A DNA stretch of 32,000 nt. Source: Thermodesulfobacteriota bacterium (GTDB taxonomy: Bacteria > Desulfobacterota > WTBG01 > JAGOGO01). The notes under the pieces were generated by a model. That model was not told where the DNA came from and did not search any database. It saw only the letters and a program-made list of their open reading frames with translations. Made by a program: the position numbers and the translations under genes. Where the stretch lies: contig CP113000.1 of assembly GCA_026625185.1 (NCBI GenBank), positions 420,001 through 452,000 of the forward strand, in the 5' to 3' direction. This document shows, piece after piece, positions 1-8,271 of the stretch (its first letter is position 1; each line of letters opens with the position of its first letter).

Positions 1-15
1 ATTTTATAAAGAAGA

Positions 16-942
16 GTGCCTTTGAAAATTGTTGAAGTCCACCCATCCTCAAAAAAAAATTTCTCACGATTTGTAAAATTCCAATTAAATGCAACCGACA
101 AAATAACTATACTCTATAACTTCATTCTTGTTATTTTCATTATTATTTTCAGAGTAAAGATCCCGCCATACCCTTGCCATCTCGCTTTTAACCTCTCTGT
201 TATCTTTTTAGTCCTTTTATTAAGCTTTATGAGGAGGAGAAATTCGACGGTTTTCATTGTGAGCCTGTGGTATCCATTAATACTTTATACTCCAGTTTAC
301 TTTCAGACCGGACTGATCAACAGGGTTGTCATACCCCAGTTCCTTGATGGCTTTTTTATGAATCTGGACGTCCAAATCTTCGGCCAATTTCCCGGCTTAT
401 TCCTCAGCGGGAAACACGGCAATGCCTTCCTCGACGAGTTTTTTCATTTTTCTTACCTTAATTATTTTCTGATAATTCCCCTGACTGGCATTTTGCTCTA
501 CCGCAAGGAGGTAAAACTGTTCGAGAGCTTCTTTTTCCAGCTTTCCTCCCTGTTCTACTTGTGTTATTTTATTTACATATTCCTGCCGGTTGAGGGACCG
601 ATCACTTTGCGAAATGAATATTTTCATCACGATGGTTTTTTTCGGGCAATAGCGGATTTTATTTACGCCAAGGGAGAAAATCCTGGCGCAGCTTTTCCAA
701 GTTCCCACGTTGCAGCTATGTTGCTTACAGCGTGGTGGGGGTGTAAACATTTTGAAAGGATGAAAGCGTTTTACTGGTTGACTTTTCTCTTACTGTCTAT
801 TGCCACCGTCTACTGCATGTTTCATTACGCGGTCGATGTTATTGGGGGGTTGCTCCTTGGGGTTCTCGCAATATTTGCGTTTAACTGGGTAGACAGAAAA
901 CGCAATTATGAGAAAACCCTCCAAGGAAAGTGTAAGGAGTAG
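16..942 (+). CDS. PAP2-superfamily integral membrane protein (lipid phosphate phosphatase or AUR1-like phospho-headgroup transferase type)
   Basis: 308-aa ORF with many hydrophobic segments. C-terminal PAP2 motifs FPSSHVAA (PSxH) and MFHYAVDVIGG (HxxxD). GTG start at 16, with an in-frame TAA at 7-9 upstream. Only plus-strand gene; convergent with the radical SAM gene. Confidence 0.7.
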   Translation: MPLKIVEVHPSSKKNFSRFVKFQLNATDKITILYNFILVIFIIIFRVKIPPYPCHLAFNLSVIFLVLLLSFMRRRNSTVFIVSLWYPLILYTPVYFQTGLINRVVIPQFLDGFFMNLDVQIFGQFPGLFLSGKHGNAFLDEFFHFSYLNYFLIIPLTGILLYRKEVKLFESFFFQLSSLFYLCYFIYIFLPVEGPITLRNEYFHHDGFFRAIADFIYAKGENPGAAFPSSHVAAMLLTAWWGCKHFERMKAFYWLTFLLLSIATVYCMFHYAVDVIGGLLLGVLAIFAFNWVDRKRNYEKTLQGKCKE

Positions 943-1003
943 AGGTATTTTTTTTGAGTGGATATATGTGGTTTCCATTTGCAAGCTCTTTTACTGGTGA
1001 TAT

Positions 1004-2356
1004 CTATTGCTTTCCCATTGGGTTGGAAGTCCCTGCAAATGGTTGTGGATTCTTCAGGCCTTTGAAATAACGTTTACGGGTAGATAGATTGAGCCCGGCG
1101 TACACCTGGCAACCGAACAGAGTTCGTTTCCATGGGCTCATGCCAAAAAATCGTTTTGTCATTGCGCGGAAAGAATAGGCTTGTCTGTTCAAGCGGGCGA
1201 AACCGCTAATAAGCTCGTCAGCAGTCATGCCCGTGGGTTGAAAAAGGAGTGTATCCGGAGGATATCCACGGAGCCACCAGTCACTCACGAACAACCTGCC
1301 TTCGCTTAAGAGACGCTTGTATAAACGTGTTCCCGGATAAGGCGTGAGAATCCTTAGCTGCGCACAATCCATATGGCTCTTCATTATAAACTCAAGGGTC
1401 TGTTCAAACACATCCTTGTTTTCGTAATCAAAGCCAAAAACAAAGCAGCCCAGTATACCGAAACCTTCGCCATGGAATCGATGCATAGCCTCATAAAAAT
1501 CGATGCTCAGGTTCTTTATTTTATGCACTTCATTCTGTGTGTCTTTTTGCACCGATTCGAATCCAATCAAAAGCCCCAGGCAGCCCGCGCGTTTCATTAA
1601 ACCCAGTAGTTCCAAATCCTCAGCTAATGACACTGTGCCTTGCGCCAGCCACTGCCGCCTTAGAGGCATCATTTCCGTAAAGAGTTTTTTAGCTGCATTC
1701 CGGTTCAGTCCAAGGGCATCATCGACGAAGAAGAGGTGAGGGGAATCAACAGACTCTATCTCGGCAATAACCTCCTGAACCGGTCGGACTCGATATTGAG
1801 ACCCCAAGGTCTGGCCAATGCAACAGAATTCGCAATCGTACGGACATCCGCGGGATGTCTCGACACCGACCGGGATTGGAATATAACAACTATTTTTTGT
1901 TCCGGAGAAGAGATCTCGCTGTGGTTTGGGCAGACCATGGAGATCTGTCATTTTAACGGCCCGATATATTCTTTGCATCTGTCCCGAGGCGGCATCCGAT
2001 ACAAGCTGTGGCCAGATACCTTCCGCTTCTCCCACGACGACGGCGTCTGCATGCGCTAAGGCTTCGTCAGGCAATACCGTGGGGTGTATTCCTCCCATCA
2101 CCACCTTCACGCCTTTCTGGCGATAGGTGTCACCGATATGATAGGCTCTTGGCGCAAGTTCGGTCAACACGGTGATGCCCACTAAATCCACATTTTGATC
2201 AATATCATCAGGAGCAAAAACTTCCTCGACAATTGTAATCGTGTGCCCAGGCGGAGTAAGCGCCGCCAGAAGAGGAAGATTTACCCTCTGTAATTTGAAA
2301 GGGCTGGGTATCGTGTCTTCACGGTGTTCATGGGGTGCAATAAGTTTTATCTTCAT
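1004..2356 (-). CDS. B12-binding-domain radical SAM enzyme (class B rSAM)
   Basis: 450 aa. N-terminal Rossmann-like B12-binding region (VDLVGITVLT...VVMGGIHPT...VVVGEAEG) followed by the radical SAM cluster motif SRGCPYDCEFC (CxxxCxxC). Last gene of the minus-strand operon. Confidence 0.85.
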   Translation of the reverse strand: MKIKLIAPHEHREDTIPSPFKLQRVNLPLLAALTPPGHTITIVEEVFAPDDIDQNVDLVGITVLTELAPRAYHIGDTYRQKGVKVVMGGIHPTVLPDEALAHADAVVVGEAEGIWPQLVSDAASGQMQRIYRAVKMTDLHGLPKPQRDLFSGTKNSCYIPIPVGVETSRGCPYDCEFCCIGQTLGSQYRVRPVQEVIAEIESVDSPHLFFVDDALGLNRNAAKKLFTEMMPLRRQWLAQGTVSLAEDLELLGLMKRAGCLGLLIGFESVQKDTQNEVHKIKNLSIDFYEAMHRFHGEGFGILGCFVFGFDYENKDVFEQTLEFIMKSHMDCAQLRILTPYPGTRLYKRLLSEGRLFVSDWWLRGYPPDTLLFQPTGMTADELISGFARLNRQAYSFRAMTKRFFGMSPWKRTLFGCQVYAGLNLSTRKRYFKGLKNPQPFAGTSNPMGKQ

Positions 2357-2377
2357 GTCTTAACCTGCTTGTCATCA

Positions 2378-4156
2378 TCATTCAAACTTGGGGCCATTGC
2401 CGACAGGTCTCGAAACGCCCCAACCCTCATCCGGTGGTGTAGAAATCATCTTCACCACGTAATCGCCAAATCCGTGAAGAGAGCCGCTCATATAATAACG
2501 CACTCTGTTGTCTTCGGCTGTCAAAGAAAAAATCGATTTATCGTAAGGACTAACTCGCAAAGACATCGGTACCCCCATCAGGTCGAGAAGGGTCGAAAAA
2601 TTGTTAAGATGGGAAACCCTGATGCTGGGGGGAATGCCAGCTAAAAGATTCTTCTGGCCATATCGCTCACCGACCAAGAGAAACTCAGGCACATCGACGA
2701 TCACCTTGTCCGGCTTCATATGGGTATACATTTGCCCATGCTCGGCCAACGTCTGGCCATGATCCGATGTATACAGAATGACATAATTCTGATTCGTCGT
2801 TTCAGAAACGAACTCCCGGAAGAATTCATCCACCTGAAAACGAATCCCGTTGTCATAGGTATTGACGAGCTTCTCACGGCCGAAAGGGCTGGGGTCAATG
2901 GATTCCGATGATTTCATAACCGGCTTCCAAATCGTAGAGTCCATATCGTCCGGATATTTATTGCAATAGTGGAAATGAAGACCTTTCTTGTTGACGAGAA
3001 TAAAATAGCCGCCTTTATCATTCAGAAGACTACTGAGAACACGGGCTACACCCAAATCCTTCGTGATATCAAGATTGATGTGGCGCTCCTCGAACGACTG
3101 GTCGGTCATCCATTGGTCCAGGGATCTCACGAAACCCTCCCCGGCCACGTTCATGAGCGAAGAAAGGTAGACTCGATTGATGTCAATATAGATCGTCTCG
3201 TAGCCCATTTTCTTTGCGTAATCAAAGATGGTCGGGTTCTTGTCGGTTCGAAAGTCATTGTCGGGAAATGCGTTGTGACCGGTAATAAGATAGGCATTGC
3301 TGATGTGGGAAAAAGAACCGGCTGCGACACAAATGCCGAGATTCTTGAGGAGGCCCTGGGTTTCGAGGGATTGAAGGAACGGTGTGGTGGCACGTGGGTA
3401 GCCATTCAGACTGAGATTGCTGCCACGAACCGACTCATCGATCACATAGATGATGCTGTCGAGTGGCCGTTGGGAAACGTGAAACGGAGGCAGGTCGTCT
3501 CGCGGTCCACGATATCCGCGGAGGTTTTCAAACTTCCAATGAAGTGTTGAACGGAGGAAAGAGGTCAGGGGATTCAGATGGAAACTGCGTTCAGGCACAT
3601 AAAGGAAGAGAGCGTAATTGGAAACGAGGAGGTAGAGGGCCGGCAGAAAACTGAGGGCGAGAGTCAGTCGTAAGGCGGAGCGAGAGGGGACGAGGATCAG
3701 TACGGAGAGAATGAGTGCGTAGGGGAGAGCATACAACAAGACGAGTGGCTTGAAGAAGCTTGAGATGGCTTCTACTCGATGATCACCGCTGACGGTCACG
3801 GCAAGAAACAGGTCGGTGCCAGTCATGAACTGGGATAAAGTCCGCCAATAGGATAATTGGATGATAACAACAAAAGCAGAAAGAAGGATGACGACCGCGC
3901 GGAGAGATCCCGGGAGGAGGGTAATGAGATAGAAAAGGGCGACCACCTGCAGGGAGACCAGTGTGAGGATACCCGAGAATTTCATGTAGCCGAGGACCGG
4001 GAGCGAATGCAATAGATCACGGTAATCGCGGAACCTGAAAATGAGGTCGAGGAGGACAGCGAAGGTTGCTGCAACCAAGGCGGTGGTGGCACGGGGATAA
4101 GGCACTTGAGTGATGGCGCTAAAGAGGTACATTGCTATCAATGGCCCTCTTCCCAT
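2378..4156 (-). CDS. EptA/LptA-like phosphoethanolamine (phospho-headgroup) transferase, sulfatase-domain membrane protein
   Basis: 592 aa. About 5 N-terminal TM helices, then an alkaline-phosphatase/sulfatase fold. YVIDESVRGSNLSLNGYPRATTPFL resembles the EptA metal-site block, and YTSDHGQTLAEHG resembles YxSDHGExLGENG. The start could instead be Met9 at 4132. Confidence 0.7.
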   Translation of the reverse strand: MGRGPLIAMYLFSAITQVPYPRATTALVAATFAVLLDLIFRFRDYRDLLHSLPVLGYMKFSGILTLVSLQVVALFYLITLLPGSLRAVVILLSAFVVIIQLSYWRTLSQFMTGTDLFLAVTVSGDHRVEAISSFFKPLVLLYALPYALILSVLILVPSRSALRLTLALSFLPALYLLVSNYALFLYVPERSFHLNPLTSFLRSTLHWKFENLRGYRGPRDDLPPFHVSQRPLDSIIYVIDESVRGSNLSLNGYPRATTPFLQSLETQGLLKNLGICVAAGSFSHISNAYLITGHNAFPDNDFRTDKNPTIFDYAKKMGYETIYIDINRVYLSSLMNVAGEGFVRSLDQWMTDQSFEERHINLDITKDLGVARVLSSLLNDKGGYFILVNKKGLHFHYCNKYPDDMDSTIWKPVMKSSESIDPSPFGREKLVNTYDNGIRFQVDEFFREFVSETTNQNYVILYTSDHGQTLAEHGQMYTHMKPDKVIVDVPEFLLVGERYGQKNLLAGIPPSIRVSHLNNFSTLLDLMGVPMSLRVSPYDKSIFSLTAEDNRVRYYMSGSLHGFGDYVVKMISTPPDEGWGVSRPVGNGPKFE

Positions 4157-5253
4157 TTGGTGGCTATTATGCCCAGGATGAAGACCACGGCCGCGAAAAC
4201 CCCTATGATCGCGGAATATCGCAGCGCGGCCATGTGGTCTTCAAATATCATCGATGCCCGTAGCCCCTCGTTCACGTAATACAGCGGGAGCGTCTTGGCG
4301 AATGTCTGCAGGAAACCCGGCATCAGCTCGATGGGAAAGAAGCTCCCCGAGAGGAACATCATCGGGAAACTGATAGCGTTTGCGGCGGCGGCGGCGCTCT
4401 GCGCCTCCTTGACGAAGCGGGTGAGTATCATCCCGATTCCGACAAACGCGAAGACGTCAAGCAAAATGAACGCAAGAAGCCAGGCGTTTATATGCAGGCT
4501 GACGTTAAACACGGCGTAACTCACCAGCAGCATCGCAATCGTGGATATGATTGCGAGTATAAATTGGTACAGGATGTTCGACAGTATCCAGTCGGTACGG
4601 GTGATAGGCGTGGTGGATAGCTTCCTGATGACACCCTTCTGCCGCAGCTCCGTGTCCGAGTTCACCGTGCCGAACAGGCTCAACGTCATCACCGCCATTG
4701 CGATGATACCGGGGACGAAGAACTCGATGAATCGGTACTTCTTGGTGAGTATCGATCTCTCAACCGATCTGAGGAACGGTGGCTTCCCGGACATCCCCTG
4801 GTTTATCCCGGCTAACACTGAGTTCAGGATTTCCATCTTCGTGGTCACCGAAGAAGAGCTGGGGTCGTATATATAAGTGATGGTGACGGATGCGTTGAAG
4901 TCGTTGAGCATCATTCTCTGCATGAGGGACCTTTCATAGCCTTTGGGAATAACGAGGACAAGGTTCACCTTGTTGTCCATGACGTATTGCTTGGCGTTGA
5001 CGGCAGGGTCGACCCTGGTTATCTTGAATTTTCCGTTGAGCTCGAGGGTCTTGACGGCCTGTGCGGACGAATTCGTCTGGTCGAGGTCCTGCAAGCAAAG
5101 GTGGTAACCAACGTTGTCCTGACTCAAGAATATCGTGCCGAACACGAGTATCAGAATTATCGGGAACGCAATCGTGAACAAAATTGCGCTCTTCTCACGG
5201 TAGAAGCTCAGGAGCTTCACGACGAGATTTGCACTGATGATGCGCGGATTCAT
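4138..5253 (-). CDS. ABC-2 type transporter permease
   Basis: 371 aa. One N-terminal TM, a large extracytoplasmic loop, then about 5 C-terminal TM helices, typical of ABC-2 exporters. The ATGA overlap with the upstream ATPase gene (5250-5253) indicates translational coupling. Confidence 0.8.
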   Translation of the reverse strand: MNPRIISANLVVKLLSFYREKSAILFTIAFPIILILVFGTIFLSQDNVGYHLCLQDLDQTNSSAQAVKTLELNGKFKITRVDPAVNAKQYVMDNKVNLVLVIPKGYERSLMQRMMLNDFNASVTITYIYDPSSSSVTTKMEILNSVLAGINQGMSGKPPFLRSVERSILTKKYRFIEFFVPGIIAMAVMTLSLFGTVNSDTELRQKGVIRKLSTTPITRTDWILSNILYQFILAIISTIAMLLVSYAVFNVSLHINAWLLAFILLDVFAFVGIGMILTRFVKEAQSAAAAANAISFPMMFLSGSFFPIELMPGFLQTFAKTLPLYYVNEGLRASMIFEDHMAALRYSAIIGVFAAVVFILGIIATKWEEGH

Positions 5254-6200
5254 TGTTCCTCCATTTGGGGGGGGTCCTCTCGGAGCGCTTCGCCGGTGAG
5301 CTTTAAGAAGACTTCTTCCAGGTTAAGCTTCCGGACATCCAGGCCGAGGTACAGAGCCCCGGCATCCTTGATGGCATTCAGTATCTTCTGGACGTCGTCC
5401 GTGTGTTCCAACCTGACAGCGATGTTTTTGTGGTTGTCAAGGACCGGCGCGAAGCCCATCTTCCGGGCGATTTCAAAGACTTTTTCATCGACGGACTGTA
5501 GCCTGAGGACCAGGTAATTCGCGTTGCTTTCGACGAGTTCCCCGGGGGAGCCCATGGCGATTATCTTCCCCTTCGAGATGATGGCGACCGTGTCTGCAAG
5601 AAGTTCCGCTTCCTCCATGTAGTGCGTGGTGAGAAATACCGTTTTCCCCTTCTTTTTCAGGCCCAGCAGGACTTCCCACACCTCGTGCCTTGCGCGGGGA
5701 TCGAGTCCTGTCGTCGGCTCGTCGAGGAACACGACCTCGGGGTCATTCACGAGCGCAATCGCGATTCCGAGGCGCTGCTTCAAGCCACCGGAGAGTTTCT
5801 TGTACTGCTCTTTGGTCTTGTCCTTGAGGTTCACGAGCTCTATCAGCCCGTCGATATCGGTGTTCCTGCAGCAGAAAAGCCGCGAGTAATACTGGATGGT
5901 CTCCCTGACCGTTATCCTGTCGAACGAGCTGAACCCCTGCGGGAGGACGCCGATGCGGGGGACGATGTCGTGTTTTTTCTTCGTGACGTCCATCCCCAGA
6001 AGGCTTACTTTCCCCGACGTGGGCGTACGGATTGTATCGATGATCTCGACGGTCGTGGTCTTGCCGGCGCCATTCGGGCCCAGCAGGGAAAAAACTTCGC
6101 CTTTGCTGACGGTAAACGATATATCGTTTACCGCCAGCAAATTTCCGTAACGCTTCGTTAGTTTGTCGACTTCAATTGCGTATTCGGTTTCTTTGGTCAT
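5250..6200 (-). CDS. ABC transporter ATP-binding protein
   Basis: Walker A GPNGAGKTT, signature LSGGLKQRL, Walker B VVFLDEPTTGLD. The ORF track starts at GTG 6227, but ATG 6200 (MTKETEY) is preceded by GGAG with 5-nt spacing, so it is preferred. Confidence 0.9.
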   Translation of the reverse strand: MTKETEYAIEVDKLTKRYGNLLAVNDISFTVSKGEVFSLLGPNGAGKTTTVEIIDTIRTPTSGKVSLLGMDVTKKKHDIVPRIGVLPQGFSSFDRITVRETIQYYSRLFCCRNTDIDGLIELVNLKDKTKEQYKKLSGGLKQRLGIAIALVNDPEVVFLDEPTTGLDPRARHEVWEVLLGLKKKGKTVFLTTHYMEEAELLADTVAIISKGKIIAMGSPGELVESNANYLVLRLQSVDEKVFEIARKMGFAPVLDNHKNIAVRLEHTDDVQKILNAIKDAGALYLGLDVRKLNLEEVFLKLTGEALREDPPQMEEQ

Positions 6201-6247
6201 GAATCTCCATTTCGCCTCTATAGGCACCAGTATTGAAAGTCTTTACG

Positions 6248-7492
6248 TCAGGCCTTCTTCGGGCGCTGAAGACGCTCTCCCCGTCTGAGTTCATTCGCCT
6301 GACTGGCCAGATCAAGGCGGCGAACAATGATGTGCTCCTGTCGGCCCTGGACCGGTACGCCCGGGGCGGCGCGAGAGGAGACGGAGGGCCAGAACCCGAG
6401 AAGGCTGAGTACCTTCTCGCTCACCGCCGGCCATGCGATAAGAAAACGATCAATCACGGGTTGGCGGTGTTTGAATAAAATAAAGCTCGGGATTAACGTC
6501 GCACCCAGATGCGCTTTGGTTTTCTCCGCGCCCTGGCCTGCGTGATAGAGAGGGATTTTTCGCTCCACGCAGGTGCGGATATTTTCAAACCAGGACAAAA
6601 CATAAAGGTTGTACTTGCGGCCGAGCTCGTAATCCATGCAGAAATATTTATCCACCATCGCTTCTTGTTTTACGACGAGAAGGTTGAAAGCGGCGAGTTT
6701 TTCCTGCACAAAATAGAGCGTGTATTCGGCGCCGGGGACTCGCTCACAGATTTTTTCAAAAAATAAACGGTTGTGCGCGCCCAACGCCATGGGGCTGCGC
6801 GCCACTGTTTCCAGATAAAGTTTGTAGATCCTGTCCAGAAAAGGAGAAATATTGCGGCTTCGAATGACTCTGACTTCGTGGGAGGCACGCATTTTGCGAC
6901 GCAGGTCTTTTCTCGCGGCCCTTGAAAGGCGGGCTAAGAATTCCTCCAGGCTGTTAAAATTGATCGGCAGCCGGGCGCAAGCCCGATATTGCACCCGGTT
7001 GAATTTTTTGAATACTTCCCCGGGAAGTTTGCCGTAATGATTAAAGTTGTAAAGCGCCACGATGTCGCTTTTAAGTTCGGCCGCGAGCTTTTGCAAAACG
7101 CCAAAGGCCATTTTGTATGCCGCCTCGAGGGTTCCCGCCTCGGTTTGAAGATCAATCCCGATTTCACTCCATTCCCCTTCCAGCAACCCCACGCTTAAAA
7201 CACGGGGTTGAAAAACCGAGGGGATGAGACGGCCTGCCACTTTCAGCGATTTCTTGATCCCTCCCTCCACAAAAGTGGACAAATCAAAACGGGTTTCAAA
7301 CAACGGCAATAAGAGAATCGGAGCATCATCTTTTAACACCACGATGCTGCGCAGGTTAAAACCGTCAATACCCGATTCTTGCAACAGAGAAAGAAGAGAG
7401 GCGGTGATAGAAGGCTCCGGGAAAAGCCGTCCAAGTTCTGCCGCCGACACTCCGTCTAACCGCGGCACGCAATTACAGGTAAGGTTATCCAT
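6248..7492 (-). CDS. GNAT-fold acyltransferase, FemAB-like/BioF2-like type (putative)
   Basis: 414 aa. The C-terminal block YFCMDYELGRKYNLYVLSWFENIRTCVERKIPLYHAGQGAEKTKAHLGATLIPSFILFKH resembles the conserved core of FemAB_like/Acetyltransf_6 proteins as I recall it. The start ATG overlaps the PPTase stop (CATGGATAA). Confidence 0.45.
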   Translation of the reverse strand: MDNLTCNCVPRLDGVSAAELGRLFPEPSITASLLSLLQESGIDGFNLRSIVVLKDDAPILLLPLFETRFDLSTFVEGGIKKSLKVAGRLIPSVFQPRVLSVGLLEGEWSEIGIDLQTEAGTLEAAYKMAFGVLQKLAAELKSDIVALYNFNHYGKLPGEVFKKFNRVQYRACARLPINFNSLEEFLARLSRAARKDLRRKMRASHEVRVIRSRNISPFLDRIYKLYLETVARSPMALGAHNRLFFEKICERVPGAEYTLYFVQEKLAAFNLLVVKQEAMVDKYFCMDYELGRKYNLYVLSWFENIRTCVERKIPLYHAGQGAEKTKAHLGATLIPSFILFKHRQPVIDRFLIAWPAVSEKVLSLLGFWPSVSSRAAPGVPVQGRQEHIIVRRLDLASQANELRRGERLQRPKKA

Positions 7493-8240
7493 GGTATGTC
7501 GGTCTCCGATCCAAAAGGGCGATGGAAAGCCACATCTTCTTCTGAGGAAGCGAAAGTACCCATAAGGACCGGCCGGCAGCTATAGGAAACCGCACCAGGG
7601 CATTCCCTGATAAGCCTACCGGAAAGGTGTACCCGCCATCATCCCCTATCGATGGATAGATGTAGATTTGCCGCGGATACACGAGATGGAATGCACATCC
7701 CAGTGCCTTGACAACGGCTTCCTTGATAGACCAAAGCATGGCTGATGCCTTTTCCAAATTTCCGTCCGCCAATCTTAAGGCGTGTTGGAGCTCTTGCACA
7801 TGGAAGACACGATGAAATGGGTATTTTCGGTTAAATTCATCGGTCCCTGCTACATCGATGCCGATATCAGACTCATCTCCAGAGAGAGCGGCCCAGACTT
7901 TTCCTCCACCCTCGCTGAAGGAGATGGCCGGGCCTCGATCTTCTCCCAACAGGAGATGGGGCCTGCCAAGTGGGTCACGAACCACCTGAATGGGGAAAGC
8001 AGCTCCGTTGGTCGAATGACAGTATTTCCAAAGAGGCCCTTCCATCGCCACCAGGCGATCCAACAAGAAGGAGACGAGGCGGTACTTGTCTCCTGCCTCG
8101 TTCGTCCCGCACCCATTGAAGGTTTCGGTGGCACATGGCATGGATGCACAGAAGACGGGGCCCCTTTGGTGAACGAACCTCGCAACATGGACAGTTATTT
8201 CTTGGCTATCTCTTGTCACATTTAACTCCATCTTTCCCAA
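7485..8240 (-). CDS. 4'-phosphopantetheinyl transferase (Sfp/PfaE-type)
   Basis: 251 aa. Motifs PLGRPHLL (GxP), ISFSEGGG, IGIDVAG and the hallmark WSIKEAVVKALG (WxxKEAxxK). Lies immediately downstream of the megasynthase. Confidence 0.75.
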   Translation of the reverse strand: MGKMELNVTRDSQEITVHVARFVHQRGPVFCASMPCATETFNGCGTNEAGDKYRLVSFLLDRLVAMEGPLWKYCHSTNGAAFPIQVVRDPLGRPHLLLGEDRGPAISFSEGGGKVWAALSGDESDIGIDVAGTDEFNRKYPFHRVFHVQELQHALRLADGNLEKASAMLWSIKEAVVKALGCAFHLVYPRQIYIYPSIGDDGGYTFPVGLSGNALVRFPIAAGRSLWVLSLPQKKMWLSIALLDRRPTYHG

Positions 8241-8271
8241 AAAAACTTCACTCTTTCTGAGCCCTTAAGGC

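Noticed and set aside
397-984. Minus-strand ORFs 397-750 and 790-984, antisense to or at the end of the PAP2 gene.
   Set aside because: These are shadow ORFs of the PAP2 coding region, and their translations are not membrane-like or motif-bearing.
943-1003. T8 run (948-955) right after the PAP2 stop, considered as a bidirectional intrinsic terminator between the convergent genes.
   Set aside because: I could find only a weak 4-5 bp stem (CCTC...GAGG) with a long loop upstream of the T-run, and no A-run/hairpin equivalent for the minus strand. That is not enough for a terminator call.
2969-6161. Plus-strand ORFs 2969-3550, 4541-4876, 4987-5517, 5622-6161 and 5896-6150, antisense to the EptA-like and ABC genes.
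   Set aside because: Each overlaps a minus-strand gene with clear Walker, signature or sulfatase motifs, and none has independent support.
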